Source: Macrostomum hystrix
Lineage: Eukaryota; Animalia; Platyhelminthes
NCBI GenBank assembly: GCA_950097015.1
Contig: CATNEN010000003.1
Location: 9,672,001 to 9,736,000, forward strand
Reading direction: 5' to 3'
DNA length: 64,000 nucleotides
Positions 1 through 12,992 of the stretch are shown here, piece by piece. The notes under the pieces were generated by a model. That model made no database searches. It was not told the origin of the DNA and saw only the letters and a list, made by a program, of their open reading frames with translations. The translations under genes and the position numbers were made by a program. Position 1 is the stretch's first letter. Every line of letters begins with the position of its first letter.

Positions 1-36
1 ATCGTTTAATTGGCAGAAAAATGGCAGACTACTCAC

Positions 37-3000
37 ATGCCACAGCAGCCGATCTGCCAGACCCAATCGTATAAGTTCGACCAGTGTCTCCTCCGCCAGG
101 CTCCGTAGATCGATCCGTTCGATCGGTGGCAATGATCGGTTCTGCGACTGGCCAGACAATTGCGGCGTCCGCGGCAGCAGCCGCGTTAGCGGCGGCCCTA
201 GCCGATAGAGCCGCCTTGGCCGCATCCGGTCGCAGTGCTGTTGCTAGGCAATGAATAAGCAACTGTCCGGCGCTAACCAATACCAGTCGATCCTTGGAGA
301 CTGCTAGGCGAGTCACGTGACTATCAGCCGACTGCAGACGGTTGGCAAGAATAGCGCCGCCACTGTTAGACCTGCCCAAACTGACGCTGACAACGCCACC
401 AGAATGAGCAACAGCGAGTAGTGCCAGAGAACTGGACGATCTGGAAGACTTTTCATCGGCCGCCAAGTCTCGATCTGTTTCAGCACTGTCGCAGGCCGTT
501 GATGCGGAATTGGCAAAGGCAACCTTTAAAAAATGGTAGATTTTATTGAATTATTGAATTAGTATATGTCGTTATATTAGTATGGATATTCTAAATTAAT
601 CATCGTTCTTTGAATAACGATGAATATAAGCATAATTTTTCTTATTTTTTTCAAAAATGTTCTATTTTTTCTGACCCCATGGTCATTCGGTTTGGGAGTT
701 ATGGTAAAGTAGGCAGTGGGTATTTAAAATATCCCCGTGGTGTTTCTACTGTTAGTAGTTTTTTTAATACCTGATTTCTACGGAAGATAAAATAGTTATT
801 CCTAAATCAATAAAATGCCATACCAAAAAATTTAATTACCAATTATTCCAAAACAATCTGATTCCTAGAAAATGTAAATACTTTGAAAAAACTATTTCCT
901 ATTTTAATAAAACTATATCTGATTATAGTTAAGCTACAAGGCCAGGTGTGCAGCCGACAGCACAGCAGCAGCTAATGCGCCGCGCATCTGAAGGCTGCGA
1001 ACGGCTATTCAGTCCATGGACTGGGGGGGTACGCCACACCCACCCTCAATTATTACCACAGCTAATGCTGATTTTAACAGCTGGGTGAACTGAAGCAATG
1101 CAGAGTTAAGTGTTAAGTGTTATATCACAAATTATTCCAGTGGAGTAAAATACCAGACCTTCAAGAATCGAACCCATGACCTTCGTGTCGTAATTCCGAA
1201 GCTCTAACCACTACGCTAAAATTGCTTTCTAGATTTATTTTAAATCCTAAACAAAAAAGTTATAAATTTCAAGAATTACATATTTTTTTTAGAAAGATAA
1301 ATAGTTTTAATTTCCTAATATTTAAGCTGTATTATTCAAACAACATCGCGTAACAAAGCTTTCACCTGCCGCAGTGGGCACAGCTGCAGTCCAGCATTGG
1401 CTGGCAGCTCAAGCACCCTGACCAACTGAAGGCTGTCCAAATCCCACACGTGCAGCTGGCGGGTGCGACCGCAAGCGACAAGTTTTCGACCGTCCGGCGT
1501 GGCGTCCAGGCTGCGATAGCGAGGACCGAGATCGGCTGTGGTGCGGGGAGACGGACTCGATATTATGAATGATTGCCAGACAAATTCATTTTGGAAGATT
1601 CTAAATAAGGATTCTTAGTACGATTCTAGATGACGATCCTGGTACGATTCTGGTGAAGATCCTGGTACGATTCTAGATGAGGATCCTGGTACGATTCTAG
1701 ATGAGGATCCTACTACGATTCTAGATCTGAGGATCCTGGTACGATTCTAGATGAGGATCCTGGTACGATTCTAGATGAGGATCCTGGTACGATTCTAGAT
1801 GAGGATCCTACTACGATTCTAGATCTGAGGATCCTGGTACGATTCTAGATGAGGATCCTGGAACGATTCTAGATCTGAGGATCCTCGTACGATTCTAGAT
1901 GAGGATCCTGGTACGATTCTAGATGAGGATCCTGGAACGATTCTAGATCTGAGGATCCTCGTACGATTCTAGATGAGGATCCTGGTACGATTCTAGATGA
2001 GGATCCTGGAACGATTCTAGATCTGAGGATCCTCGTACGATTGTAGCTGAGGATCCTGGTACGATTCTAGATGAGGATCCTGGTACGATACTAGACCTGA
2101 GGATCCTCGTACGATTCTAGATGACGATCCTGGTACGATTCTGGTGAAGATTTTGGTACGATACAAAATGAAGATCCTGGTACGATTCTAGATGAGGATC
2201 CTGGAACGATTCTAGATCTGAGGATCCTCGTACGATTCTAGATGAGGATCCTGGTACGATTCTAGATGAGGATCCTGGTACGATTCTGGTGAAGATTTTG
2301 GTACGATACAAAATGAAGATCCTGGTACGATTCTAGATGAGGATCCTGGAACGATTCTAGATCTGAGGATCCTCGTACGATTCTAGATGAGGATCCTGTT
2401 ACGATACTAGATGAGGATCATGGTACGATTCTAGATCTGAGGATCCTCGTACGATTCTAGATGAGGATCCTGTTACGATACTAGATGAGGATCATGGTAC
2501 GATTCCTGATCTGATGATCTCATACGATTACACATCAAAATATCATTTTTTACTCTAAGATGGGAATCCTGCCGCTGTTTTATAACAGATATTTTTGGAG
2601 TACGCATTAAACAGGGTTTTATTCGGATTGAACATATTTTCAAAACACTTACCGTCAGCTCCAGCACCATTAGCGGAATGCTGCACACTTGACGGAGGGG
2701 TCGGCAGCTGGCCACGACACTGCAGAGTCTCCGAGTCCCATAGAAATAAACTGTCATCTCTAAAGGCTGTCAGAATTAGATTCCTAGAGGGTACAAAGCT
2801 AGCCGATAATAGTTGTACATCTTCTCTAACGCTCAATCTACGCAGCCTAGTCTTGGTGTCCACATCCCACAGTAGAGTGACATCTGGATCAGTTGTTAAA
2901 ACATAGCGTCCACCGCAATGCGCACTAATGCAAGTCACAGCGGCCGTGTGACCAGTCAGGTTGGCCGCCTCTTCGGCGACGAAACTACCGCCGGCAGTCG

Positions 3001-6000
3001 GACTGAGGGTCAGCAGGCGAACCGAGCCGTCGGCTAGAGCGGCGAGAAATTGTCGGCGATCGCGTAGGGCGAAGCAGATTGACGTGCAAGAGTGACGGCT
3101 GTGCAAAACGTGCTCAAATCTGTTTGGATGAAGTGCATATTGCAGTTTAAATTTACAATCAGTGTATTTGTAAGGGGAGATGGTGGCTGTACAGCTGGGG
3201 ATCTGTGGGGGAGATGGTGGCTGTACAGCTGGGGATCTGTGGGGGGAGATGGTGGCTGTACAACTAGGGATCTGTGGGGGAGATGGTGGCTGTTTAGATG
3301 GGGGATCTGTGGGGGAGATGGTGGCTGTACAACTGGGGATCTGTGGGGGAGATGGTGGCTGTACAACTGGGGATCTGTGGGGGAGATGGTGGCTGTACAA
3401 CTGGGGATCTGTGGGGGAGATGGTGGCTGTACAACTGGGGATCTGTGGGGGAGATGGTGGCTGTTCAGATGTGGGATCTGTGGGGGAGATGGTGGCTGTA
3501 CAACTGGGGATCTGTGGGGGAGATGGTGGCTGTACAACTGGGGATCTGTGGGGGAGATGGTGGCTGTACAACTGGGGATCTGTGGGGGAGATGGTGGCTG
3601 TTCAGATGGGGGATCTGTGGGGGAGATGGTGGCTGTACAACTGGGGATGTGTGGGGGAGATGGTGGCTGTACAACTGGGGATCTGTGGGGGAGATGGTGG
3701 CTGTACAACTGGGGATCTGTGGGGGAGCTGGTGGCTGTACAACTGGGGATCTGTGGGGGAGATGGTGGCTGTACAACTGGGGATCTGTGGGGGAGATGGT
3801 GGCTGTCCAACTGGGGATCTGTGGGGGAGATGGTGGCTGTTCAGATGGGGATCTGTGGGGGAGATGGTGGCTGTTCAGATGTGGGATCTGTGGGGGAGAT
3901 GGTGGCTGTACAATTGGGATTCAGGGAGATTGTCAGTCAAGTAAGATCTCTTAAAGTTTCACCTACCTGCACCGATGGAAGTGAAACAGGTAAAAATGAC
4001 CAAGATGATCTGTAGCCAATAGACGCTGTCCAGAGGCATCAAATGTGACCTGAGTGAAGTGCCCAACTTGTGGGTTTGCCTTTTGTCCACTGCTATAGCC
4101 ACTGTTTTGCACAACAAGTTGCAACCTAAAGCAAATAAATTAAGTATTAGGATTCACAATTTTAACGGACCAATAGAACTTTTTTCTCATAGATCTACCA
4201 TATTTAGCATTCTACTAGGGATACTTAAATCTCTACTGAGAAAGAAGAGATATAATAAAAATAAAAATAAATGAAGTTCTAGAATTTGAACTTTGGCTTA
4301 AGCCTCTGATAAGAACATTAAAATATAATTTCTTTTGAATTTTATAAGCAAAAAAGTATAGCAAAATTATATAAAAGCCAAGAGACCAATAAAAATCTAC
4401 CAGTATTAAAGAATGAGTCATTCCTTAAAATAGAGCTTAAAAGACAATTATCTCACATGTGTGATTGTCACTGCACTAATTTGTTATATTACACTTTTAT
4501 GCTAATTCATTTAGCAAAAACTCAAACGGATAAATCTTGGTTAGCTAACATAGAAAATAAAATATAGCTAATGTTTAGTTACATTCATATTTCATGACAG
4601 AAATATGTATAATAAATTAAAAATAGTGCCTAAATAAGTGCTAATTTTGATTTCTGGATTTATATAAAATTGTTTACTTAGTCATAGCCTGATTAATAAA
4701 AAGTATTCACCAAAATGAAATATAGATCTATGACGGGCCTCAGCTGTTGCAACTAGCTATAACCTAATATATCAGTGATCTAGTTCTAGATATCTAGAAC
4801 TATATTATTTTCTGATCAAAAGTGATTTAATCCTATCACATTTCACACATCAATCAAAATTACCACTAGAAGTAAAAAGATGAGATAAAAACTTTAAAAT
4901 TGCAATGCGGGTAAATTGACGTGTTTGTGGAAAAGTACACTCAACAATTGAATCAATATAAAATCTGATATAATATATAAAATAAAAAATAAAAATATAT
5001 TCATTTTTCTTAATTTCTCATAATTAATATTACCCAATATGAGATGGAGGTCCATAGTGACTATTATAAAACTATTTTAGGGGTAGGCTTAGTGACAATA
5101 TTGTCTCACAAAAATTGTTATTATGTTATAAAAAATGTATTTTATTGTTGCAAGGCAGGTAGTGATGGGCACACAAGGGTTTATGTGTCGGCGCACAATT
5201 TTGGGAAAGGCAAAAATTTGTTCCAGCGCCCACTCTGCCACCTTCCTGACTATGGGTCTGGAGTAAAGAGAAAAGCTATCAATGTGTTTTAGTATTTATT
5301 ATTTGAGAGAGAAAAGCATATCATGTGCCACATATAAAAAGGCATGATGAGTTCAAAGTCAAAAATGAGTTGACAAATTTCATTTTTTTTAATTATTGTT
5401 TATAAGTGTTTTCCAAGTGTATCCCATTAAAATTTTATGTAGAATTTTATTTAGAATATGATATACTCAAACCTTTTTATTTTCCTTTAGCGGAAACGCC
5501 CGGAAACATGTTTCTCTAATGTACCCCCTTTACACATTTCAGATGGCTTTTCCAATTGACTGTAAATAGTAAATTGATGTCTATGTGACATCTATTTGTT
5601 AAGCTATGGAATAGCTTTGCCACTTCTTTAAAGCCAAAGGAGTTTTATATTGTAAACAAATAAACATGTCTTATTAATATAGTAGGCCTAATCCTATTCT
5701 AAATGTAAAATCTAAATTTAATACTTTCATTTCATACTGAGTGTTAATAGTAGACATATATATTCCACAGTGTAGATAACGAAAATATGAACTATATGCT
5801 TTTGGAATTTTTAAAATCCATTAGAAAAATAAAAAAATTATTGCAATTTTTTGTTTTCCAAGTCAAATCTATCTGGTCATCTAGATTACAGCCCCTTATG
5901 GGAAAATACATTACGAAAACAACTAAAATGTTGATCAAAAAATTGTTATAACTTTTTAGTACTTAACCAATTTCGATGAGTGAGGTGTCTTTTAACTCAG

Positions 6001-6223
6001 ACAAGCAAGATCTGTAACACAAGAAAACTAAAAATATGGAATTTTTTATCTTTTATTTCTCACTGGAGCCCCTATCTATATAATTTTTCTTAATCAATAT
6101 TATAGATATTTACACGAAACTATACATTTTTAACTACTTCACTCACCCAGTTTCGATGTCAAAAACTTTTTTGACTCTTCCAAGGCTACCACATTTATGA
6201 CCAAAGACATTTATTTTATTCAT
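37..6223 (-). CDS. TBC1D31: TBC1 domain family member 31 (WDR67), N-terminal WD40 part; gene continues beyond left edge
   Basis: Phase-consistent GT-AG exons: 6223-6147 (MNKINVFGHKCGSLGRVKKVFDIETG), 4125-3967 (LQLVVQNSG..FTQVTFDASGQRLLATDHLGHFYLFHFHR), 3119-2653 (RFEHVLHSRHSCTSICFALRDRRQFLAALADGSVR..GHTAAVTCISAHCGGRYVLTT..LWD..AFRDDSLFLWD), 1535-1366 (YRSLDATPDGRKLVACGRTRQLHVWDL) and 523-37. These are collinear with the vertebrate TBC1D31 WD40 region as recalled. Exon 1 was assigned by phase and length. Confidence 0.88.
985..1218 (-). mobile_element. tRNA-derived SINE copy A (TBC1D31 intron)
   Basis: Minus strand reads A-box TAGCGTAGTGG and B-box GGTTCGATTC. The body (CTTAACTCTGCATTGCTTCAGTTCACCCAGCTGT...GGGTGTGGCGT...GGACTGAA) is shared with the copies at 29.5 kb and 49.2 kb. 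Confidence 0.8.
1615..2520. repeat. Intronic minisatellite, 24/26-bp unit GGATCCTGGTACGATTCTAGATGA
   Basis: Direct tandem repeat with degenerate edges. Confidence 0.95.
3175..3925. repeat. Intronic G-rich minisatellite, 34-bp unit GGGGATCTGTGGGGGAGATGGTGGCTGTACAACT
   Basis: About 22 tandem copies; explains the repetitive ORFs at 3034-4015. Confidence 0.95.
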
Positions 6224-6851
6224 TGTCAGAGAATTGGTAACAGATTTTCGAATCCAAAAATTCACTTGAAATAAATAATGACGTTTAACCAGTTGCTAGC
6301 AAACAATAAAATGCGTCAATTTATTGTACAACAATTACTTTACTAAGGTATACTCGGTTTCTCAGCTGACTAATCTAAAAATGTGTCACAAGAGATTTTT
6401 TGAGGTAAATGAGTGTCATTTGGTTTTCTTGGAATCAAACATTCAAAGTCGAGGAGTGTTTAAACGATCTGTAAAAATTATAGCGGGTTGGAAGCATTAA
6501 AACAAGTTTTTTTTATTTCTGGCGTAGTATTACTAATTAGGGACCTAAATTAAAGATAGTTACGATTGCTTTTCAATAATTTAAATTAAATTTGTACTAC
6601 ATTTTGACTCATTAGAAATTAATAAAAAATAACTTACTACGTTATCGTATGATTTTGCTAAACTTTTCTATAAGCAAGCACAATTATTACATCCGTTTTC
6701 CGATCCCTTTGTACTATCACGAAGGAGAAACAGTGTTTCACAATGTGCTTATTTTTTGTCCCTCTTCATCATTCTGTAATAAAATGAATTTCCTAGCTGG
6801 AGCGTGAGGTATTTAAAGCTAGCGACTATATTCACAATTCACCGGGGTCGG

Positions 6852-7870
6852 TGTCCTACCAATCGTTTCAATAGCAGCAGGGAATCTGGAATTAAATAGC
6901 GTTAGAGACTGGTAGCGAGCGAAGTGGAATAGATAAGCGATGAGACCAGAGTGTTCCTCCGGCCCGGCGAAACTCCCAATGAAAAAGAATAACACAGTAT
7001 GAACGCGAAGACTCGAATAATTTAATTTGGAGTGAGTTAATTGGCTGTGACTAAGATTTCAGATACGAATAGGAATTACTTTGAATATTGTTTACTTGAC
7101 TTAAAAGTTATACTGACAGAATAGATGTTCACACGGAAATAAATTATAGCGTGCTCACAGTGAGAAGCAAGTCTGGTCTAACAATTTGAATATAACAATT
7201 TTACTTAACTGGCCTACATCCGCGCCTACTCTTCCCGAGAGGCTCCGCGGTTGTCTCTGCTTTCAGCGCTGCCCCGACAGATCCTATCGGTTGGCACTCC
7301 TTCTGCCTGACGGCGGAGTCTCCGAAGAGAGCACGTACTGACTTCGACAACAAGCGCCTATCTAGACCACCCTTGTCAGCGGCGCACTCTCAAGACGCGT
7401 AGCGCCGAAAGCTACCTAACTGAACAAGCGGGGTGTGGTCGGGCGGGGAGGGACAAAACAAGTGGACTAGTTGCACGTGCTTCTCACAGTGTGAGGCGAA
7501 TTGCGGAGAACGATAATTTGCACGTGCTTCTCACAGTGTGAGGCGAATTGCGAAGAAAAAGAGAGAAAGATAATTTGGACTACATAAACACGCTTCGTTA
7601 TATAGAGTCATTTTAACCCCAAATTTAGGTCGATCGGCGAGGTGGATGCCTGGCTGTAGCTTGAGCCAAGGCGACAAATCGCAGTAGACTTGCGACCGCC
7701 GTTCTGAGCCCCGGGGTCGCTTCTTGCCGAGGGTAGACAGGTAGTGAGGCCGGGTCGCTCGCTGATTGGCCGGGACCGTAGCCCAGGGGTAGCGCTCGCG
7801 GGGTGGTGGGCGTCCGTTCCCCCAGCTGGTCCGGCCCGGCTTGGCGTGGATGAACTCTTAGCAAAATACA
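6852..7870 (-). mobile_element. Solo-LTR-like insertion (~1 kb)
   Basis: GC-rich island in AT-rich DNA with TGT...ACA ends, a TATATAA on the minus strand (~7585) and an internal ~35-bp direct repeat containing CACGTG (7471 and 7518). No clean TSD found. Confidence 0.4.
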
Positions 7871-8558
7871 CGTGTCTAAAAATAAGTATTGAATAATAAC
7901 ACGGGCAAACAAGCTGACACTACAATTCATTCATTAGTTTATGTTCTTTAAAAGTCTAATTGCAGAGAAAAGTAACACCAGCGGCAGTCGGCAGTTTAGT
8001 AAATATAAAATGCAAGATGAAGTCTAATATTTGCCTTGTCTCAATTCGATTTAAAGAAATCAGATTTTTTTATTCCTACATTATCACACTTGAATAAAAA
8101 ACAACTTAAGGCTCATTGGCTCATAGGATAAATTAGATCAAATTTAATATTTTTATAATGCGAGAGAGATTTCGATCTATCAAAATCTGATGATGACTAT
8201 GGCTCTATGGTCTGGGCCATTCGCAACGGAATTGGGATCCGCTGGATCTAGTAGTACGTCCGGAACAATATTTTTAACGATGATTTCTTTTTTACACTAT
8301 ATTATTTTTTACACTAGCAATATAACCATTCCATTCACTTAAATTCACTTGTTCCAGTTCCAGCGATGAGTTGACAGTCTTTAAGTCACTTTTATTATAC
8401 ATTATTTATCAAACTAATAACAGGTAAGAATGAATGACAATAAAAAACAGATAAATAACATAGTGAAAAATGATTATATTGTTTAAATTGCTGTTATCAG
8501 TTGTTAATTGCACCATGAAGTGCAGTAATAAACTTCTTCCATTGGCGGCCATTTATAG

Positions 8559-10841
8559 TCAGCTGATGAGCTCGTCAGCTGCCTGTTCTGGTTGACGTTG
8601 CCAGGCTTCACTCTCCTGCAGCCTTCTGTTCTTCAGCTTGAAGTATTTGAGCTGCTCCAATAATACACCATTTTACCTACTATTTTGAACAAAGTCTTGT
8701 TCAAAAGAAACAAACAGAACTTTAAATTCAAACACTTTAAGAAATATCAGCGCCTGCGGAAATTCAGTTCAAAAAAGTCCCTTTCTATTAAAACAGAATA
8801 ACTTCAATTCAGACTGTCTATGGTCAAAATTGTCCCCGAGTGACGCGCACACGCATGCAAACTTGAAATTCAAAACAAACAAAGTCACATTCTATTTTGA
8901 ACAACAGACTCAAGAGGTAAAACACAATAAATCGACGAACGTAAGAGTAAAATGAAAAACAGGTACAAGACAGTGTCAGTTGGTCAACTTCAATGCGACA
9001 CCCAAACCACCAATTGTCTGTCCACCAAGGCAGCGAGGGACGTATGTAAATACATGGTTGAACCACTCAGTGCACTTGTCCGCAGAGATGCAGCCAATGG
9101 TTCTGTCCACCATGTTGTACAGAATGTCTCGTCGCCGATAGGCCGTCATCGACTGATTCCCGAGCTGCTCTGCAGCTGTCAGAGCGATGAACTTTTGCTG
9201 GTCTGCTGCTAGTTCGCTCTTCAGAGCGGCCTTCCAACAGGAGATGAGTTCTCCACAGGAGTCAAAACTGCATGGGCTGTATGGTGGAAGCCGGCCCTTA
9301 TCATAAATTTGGTAGTGCACGACACCGACACCTGGACAAATGGCCAAGCAGATCGACGGTAACTCGAAGTCTTTTCTGAGTAGCCACTTGCCTGTATACG
9401 CGCGTTTACCACGTCAAGAGCGCCCTATTGATCGTCTCATCCACGTATTAAAGCCAAATTCATCGATGAAAATCTTATAGCCTGATACGATATCGACAGA
9501 ACAAAGCCACTCGCAAAACTCTCTCTGCGATTCGATCACACGAGGGGAGTTGCGCGATCTGCAGGGAGATCTCGTGCCAACTTAGTGGTATACAGAGCTC
9601 CATCAAGCTTAACGCTGATCATATCGTTTTCTCCGTTACGTGCGGCTTTTCTGGGAGTTACTGGCGCAGATTAGCATTCATTTCTTTTAGCGTGATAAGC
9701 GGATTCGCTTGGATGAGACCATGAGTACGTGCCCTGCATTTCTCCATCCCACTTGAATCGTTTGGCTCCGCCCTTGGGCTGCTTTTGAGTTCTTCCTGAC
9801 CTCACAATTGTGTACGCCGTTGACCTCTTGACTCCAAGTTGGCGTGCCAGCTCCACAAAGTCATCCCCACTGCACGATCAGCAGCCTTGATGATACGGTC
9901 TCTGTCACTGTTGCTTACAGTAGAGTACCGACGAGGCTGCTGTTCCACGATATCTTCATCGACTTCTGCTTCAAATTCCATCGATTCCTTCTTCTTCCAG
10001 CAATTCATCGTCTTCTTCAATCTGATCTTCAGCATTCATGTCGTTTCTTGTTGCGCGAAGGTTACACAGTTATGCAGTGCAGGAAAAACTAAAAATTAGA
10101 TTAATGTAATAAAAATTTTACATCTGTGTCAAAAATCTCTGTTGTAATAGAATGTAACTTTCTTTCATCTGAATTTCAAGTTTGCGCGTGCGCGTCACTC
10201 GGGGACAATTTTGGCCATAGACAGTCTGAATCGAATTTCTTCTGTTACAATAGAAAGGGACTTTGTTTGAACTGAATTTCCGCAGGCGCTGATATTAATT
10301 TTCTTAAAGTGTTTGAATTAAAAGTTCTATTTGTTTCTTTTGAACAAGACTTGGTGTAGCACCAGCCGTTATAGCTCAGCGTTGCTCAACGATGCTGTCT
10401 CCTGACTTTCTCCTTTACTTTGAGTTGGTAGACTGATTTCCGGGGTCCGGACCGTTGACGTTGCTCCAATATGTGAATCCGCTGATGCTCCTGGGATTCC
10501 ACTTGATGCTGATCGCGAACTAGGACTGCCACGTTCCAGCTCCGGTACAGATGCATACCTTCTTCCCATTTTCGAAGGATGATTTTCGATCTTTGTTACC
10601 CGTCTTCTTAATATCCGACTTTGCCTTTTGTCTACTCTTGATATTGGCCAACTTCTTGTTAATTTTCTTTACGTCAGTATAATATGTCGTCCGTGCGCGC
10701 AGCTCCAACTCCTCTTGAATACTTGCGATCGCTTTACTCTTTCTGTCCTTTAACGATTGGAGCATTTGCATTATCCAACAGGCAAGGGTGGCGCATTACA
10801 CAGCGAACGAAAATCTCATCGTCTTCGTCTTAAGTCGACAT
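8559..10841 (-). pseudogene. PIF/Harbinger-type Myb/SANT-like accessory ORF relic, interrupted by a Tc1-like element
   Basis: Frameshifted fragments: EIFVRCVMRHPCLLD..PIVK; KINKKLANIKSRQKAKSDIKKTGNK; KIILRKWEE; ETASLSNAEL*RLVL-[insertion]-LLEQLKYFKLK. The frame is restored exactly when the insertion and one TA are removed. Confidence 0.6.
8666..10356 (-). mobile_element. Tc1/mariner-IS630-like DNA transposon with decayed transposase
   Basis: TA target duplication (8664-65 and 10357-58) and ~190-200 bp imperfect TIRs (CACCA..AAGTCTTGTTCAAAAGAAACAAA...). Frameshifted transposase pieces: HTH ELARQLGVKRSTAYTIV, KIFIDEFGFNTW and RLPPYSP..WKAALK. Confidence 0.9.
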
Positions 10842-10959
10842 ATTTTTTCATACCACGTGTATTAGCATCTTGCTTGCGAAGCGATCGCCTCGTTCGTTGC
10901 ATTAAACAGCAAATAAGAGGGAGGTGATTTTGATCACCATTTTGTCTATGGTACAAATT

Positions 10960-11135
10960 CGCTGAGCAACTGCTCGGGTGGCTGGGAGCTTGCTCGAAGT
11001 TTGAGATAGATCATTATTCATACAAAAAGTGAGCGGTTGCTCAAACTCAGAGCAATTGCTCAGCTCTGAGCACTTGCTCAAATTCAGAGTAGGAGCATTT
11101 ACTCATGAGCAATTGCTCAATTTGTTCATACGGCC
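10960..11135 (-). mobile_element. Harbinger-like terminus with subterminal GAGCAATTGCTC palindromes
   Basis: Ends TTCATACGGCC followed by TAA (GGCC-start TIR, TWA target) just upstream of the Myb-like relic. The partner TIR was not found. Confidence 0.5.
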
Positions 11136-12178
11136 TAATGGCTGTACATCTTGTTTTACTGGGAAAGACGTCACTTTCCGCATTACTACTCTAACCTGCT
11201 TATACACGATCACTTGACGAAATCCGCTTTACGGGTTGTGACCTCTAATAAGGGTTTTAAAAATTAGCTAACTCTTCTAAACTAGAATTTGTTAGTGGTA
11301 CTGTCCAAGCGACACACTGTACTGTATATATTTCGCGGCGTATCCAAAGGCTGAGTTACTCCTATCGCTATTCAGTCCTTGGGACTGGGGTGTGACTTTG
11401 CGATATTGTTTGTCATTAGAAATTGCAGCTATAGTTTTCAGCACAAAATCCTGGGATTGTATTGTTCAAGCTACACAACTATTTAAATTTTGCTGTTAAT
11501 ATCCAAACTATTAGGTAATTGATATAAAGTCGAAATTTAAATTTCCTTTGACCAATGACTCATGAGTGATGACTTTATGTGTTTGTTTTTATTTACGAAA
11601 GATCGTTAACTAGATGATTTTGCGCGCGATCATGAATGGATTCAAGCATGATATTTAAAATAAAAGAAGCTAAAAAACTGTAAGTTAATTAATATTTAGA
11701 TCGGCCGCCTCATAGGGTTATGACCTACCAATGAGAACCAGTTTCATTGAACATATTTTATTCAAATCACGTATCACCTCAGTGACTATTATATAAAATT
11801 AGGCAAAATTTTCATAGGCCTATCAATTTTTTGTCAGCTTTACTATTCTAAAAGCATCATAAACAGAAGCTGTCTCTTTTGTTTGCCCTGATTGGCTCTT
11901 TTTCATCTCTGCATTACCTCATTGTCATTAAGTCTTTATGCAGATTTGAACTTAAAAAAATTGGCTAACTTAATTAAAGGTTTGTACTGAACCTTAGGAT
12001 GGGTTTAGACAAGAAATAGGGCCTAACCTAGGGCCTAGCACATTTTAGAAAGCATTTTAATTTTACCTGTTGGTGAACTTAATCAAATAATTTATTGCAA
12101 GTCAATATTTTCAGCAAAAATATTTATTTAACATTCCTAGTCTTTTTATAAAAATAAGGCAGTTGTTATAACCGTTTG

Positions 12179-12992
12179 TAGCCATTTGATTATTCGTTCG
12201 GTTAACCAAGTTATAACTTATAACTAAGTTATAAGGTCCCAGGTCATTTCGGTGACAAGACATTTCGGTGACAGTCATTTCAGTGACACAATTGGTCAGA
12301 TTGGTGACAACTATTTTTGCACCTAAATATGCTAAAAAAACAGCCTTCCATTTTAACTATGCACACATAAAATATTGATTTAATAATGCTAAAAGTATTA
12401 ATAAGAAACTGCATCGCTCTGTTTAAGTCTGGGTTTTACTTTAAATGAGTTAAATTATTAAATTATTTAATGAGTAGTCAATAGTTTCAATAATTATTTG
12501 TTCCTAATTAAATGTGTATATTAATCATTTTTCAAGCTTTGGATTTACAAGGCAAGTGCAGGCTTTAAGCAGCTGCTGGATCGTGGAAGGCTGTTTTCTC
12601 AGCATATTTAGGTGCAAAAATAGTTGTCACCGAACCGACCAATTCTGTCACCAAAATGACTGTCACCGAAATGTCTTGTCACCAAAATGACCTGGGACCA
12701 GTTATAAGGGGTTGTAGCGCTACTATGAGAACCTCTATCATTTGTAAGATAAAATAATTAACAAGCTACAAAAGGACAGTCATTCAGATTTGAAGTTTGT
12801 CTCAAATTATTTTCGCTTATCAGCTAAATAATAAATTAAAACCTTTTCCAGAAATTTGGTTGTTTCAGGGACTAACTTAGTTCAAGGGTATAGTTTGGTC
12901 TTTGGGAGGATTGTTGCTCCTGCTCGTTAAAAGGGGAGAAATTAAGTCCTTGGGTGGTTAACTGGTTAACCGGATGAATAATCAAATGGCTA
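12179..12992. mobile_element. Non-autonomous TIR element (TAG...CTA ends, 4-bp TSD; Academ-like)
   Basis: TAGCCATTTGATTATTC.T.CGGTTAACCA is inverted at both ends, and TTTG lies on both flanks. Confidence 0.7.
12235..12699. mobile_element. MITE with ~115-bp TIRs and 8-bp TSD, nested in the previous element
   Basis: GGTCCCAGGTCATTT...AAATGACCTGGGACC, flanked by AGTTATAA at 12227-34 and 12700-07. Confidence 0.9.

Noticed and set aside
1615-2520. BamHI/XbaI sites in nearly every unit suggesting a polylinker concatemer
   Set aside because: Natural variant structure and degenerate flanks inside a well-formed intron.
4451-4460. Alternative TBC1D31 start by a split AT|G across a GTGAGA donor
   Set aside because: Exon 6223-6147 gives a stronger GTGAGT donor, the correct phase and a full-length N-terminus.
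5150-6075. Possible DNA-transposon remnants in TBC1D31 intron 1 (ends near 5260 and 6072)
   Set aside because: Could not find partner TIRs or TSDs by eye.
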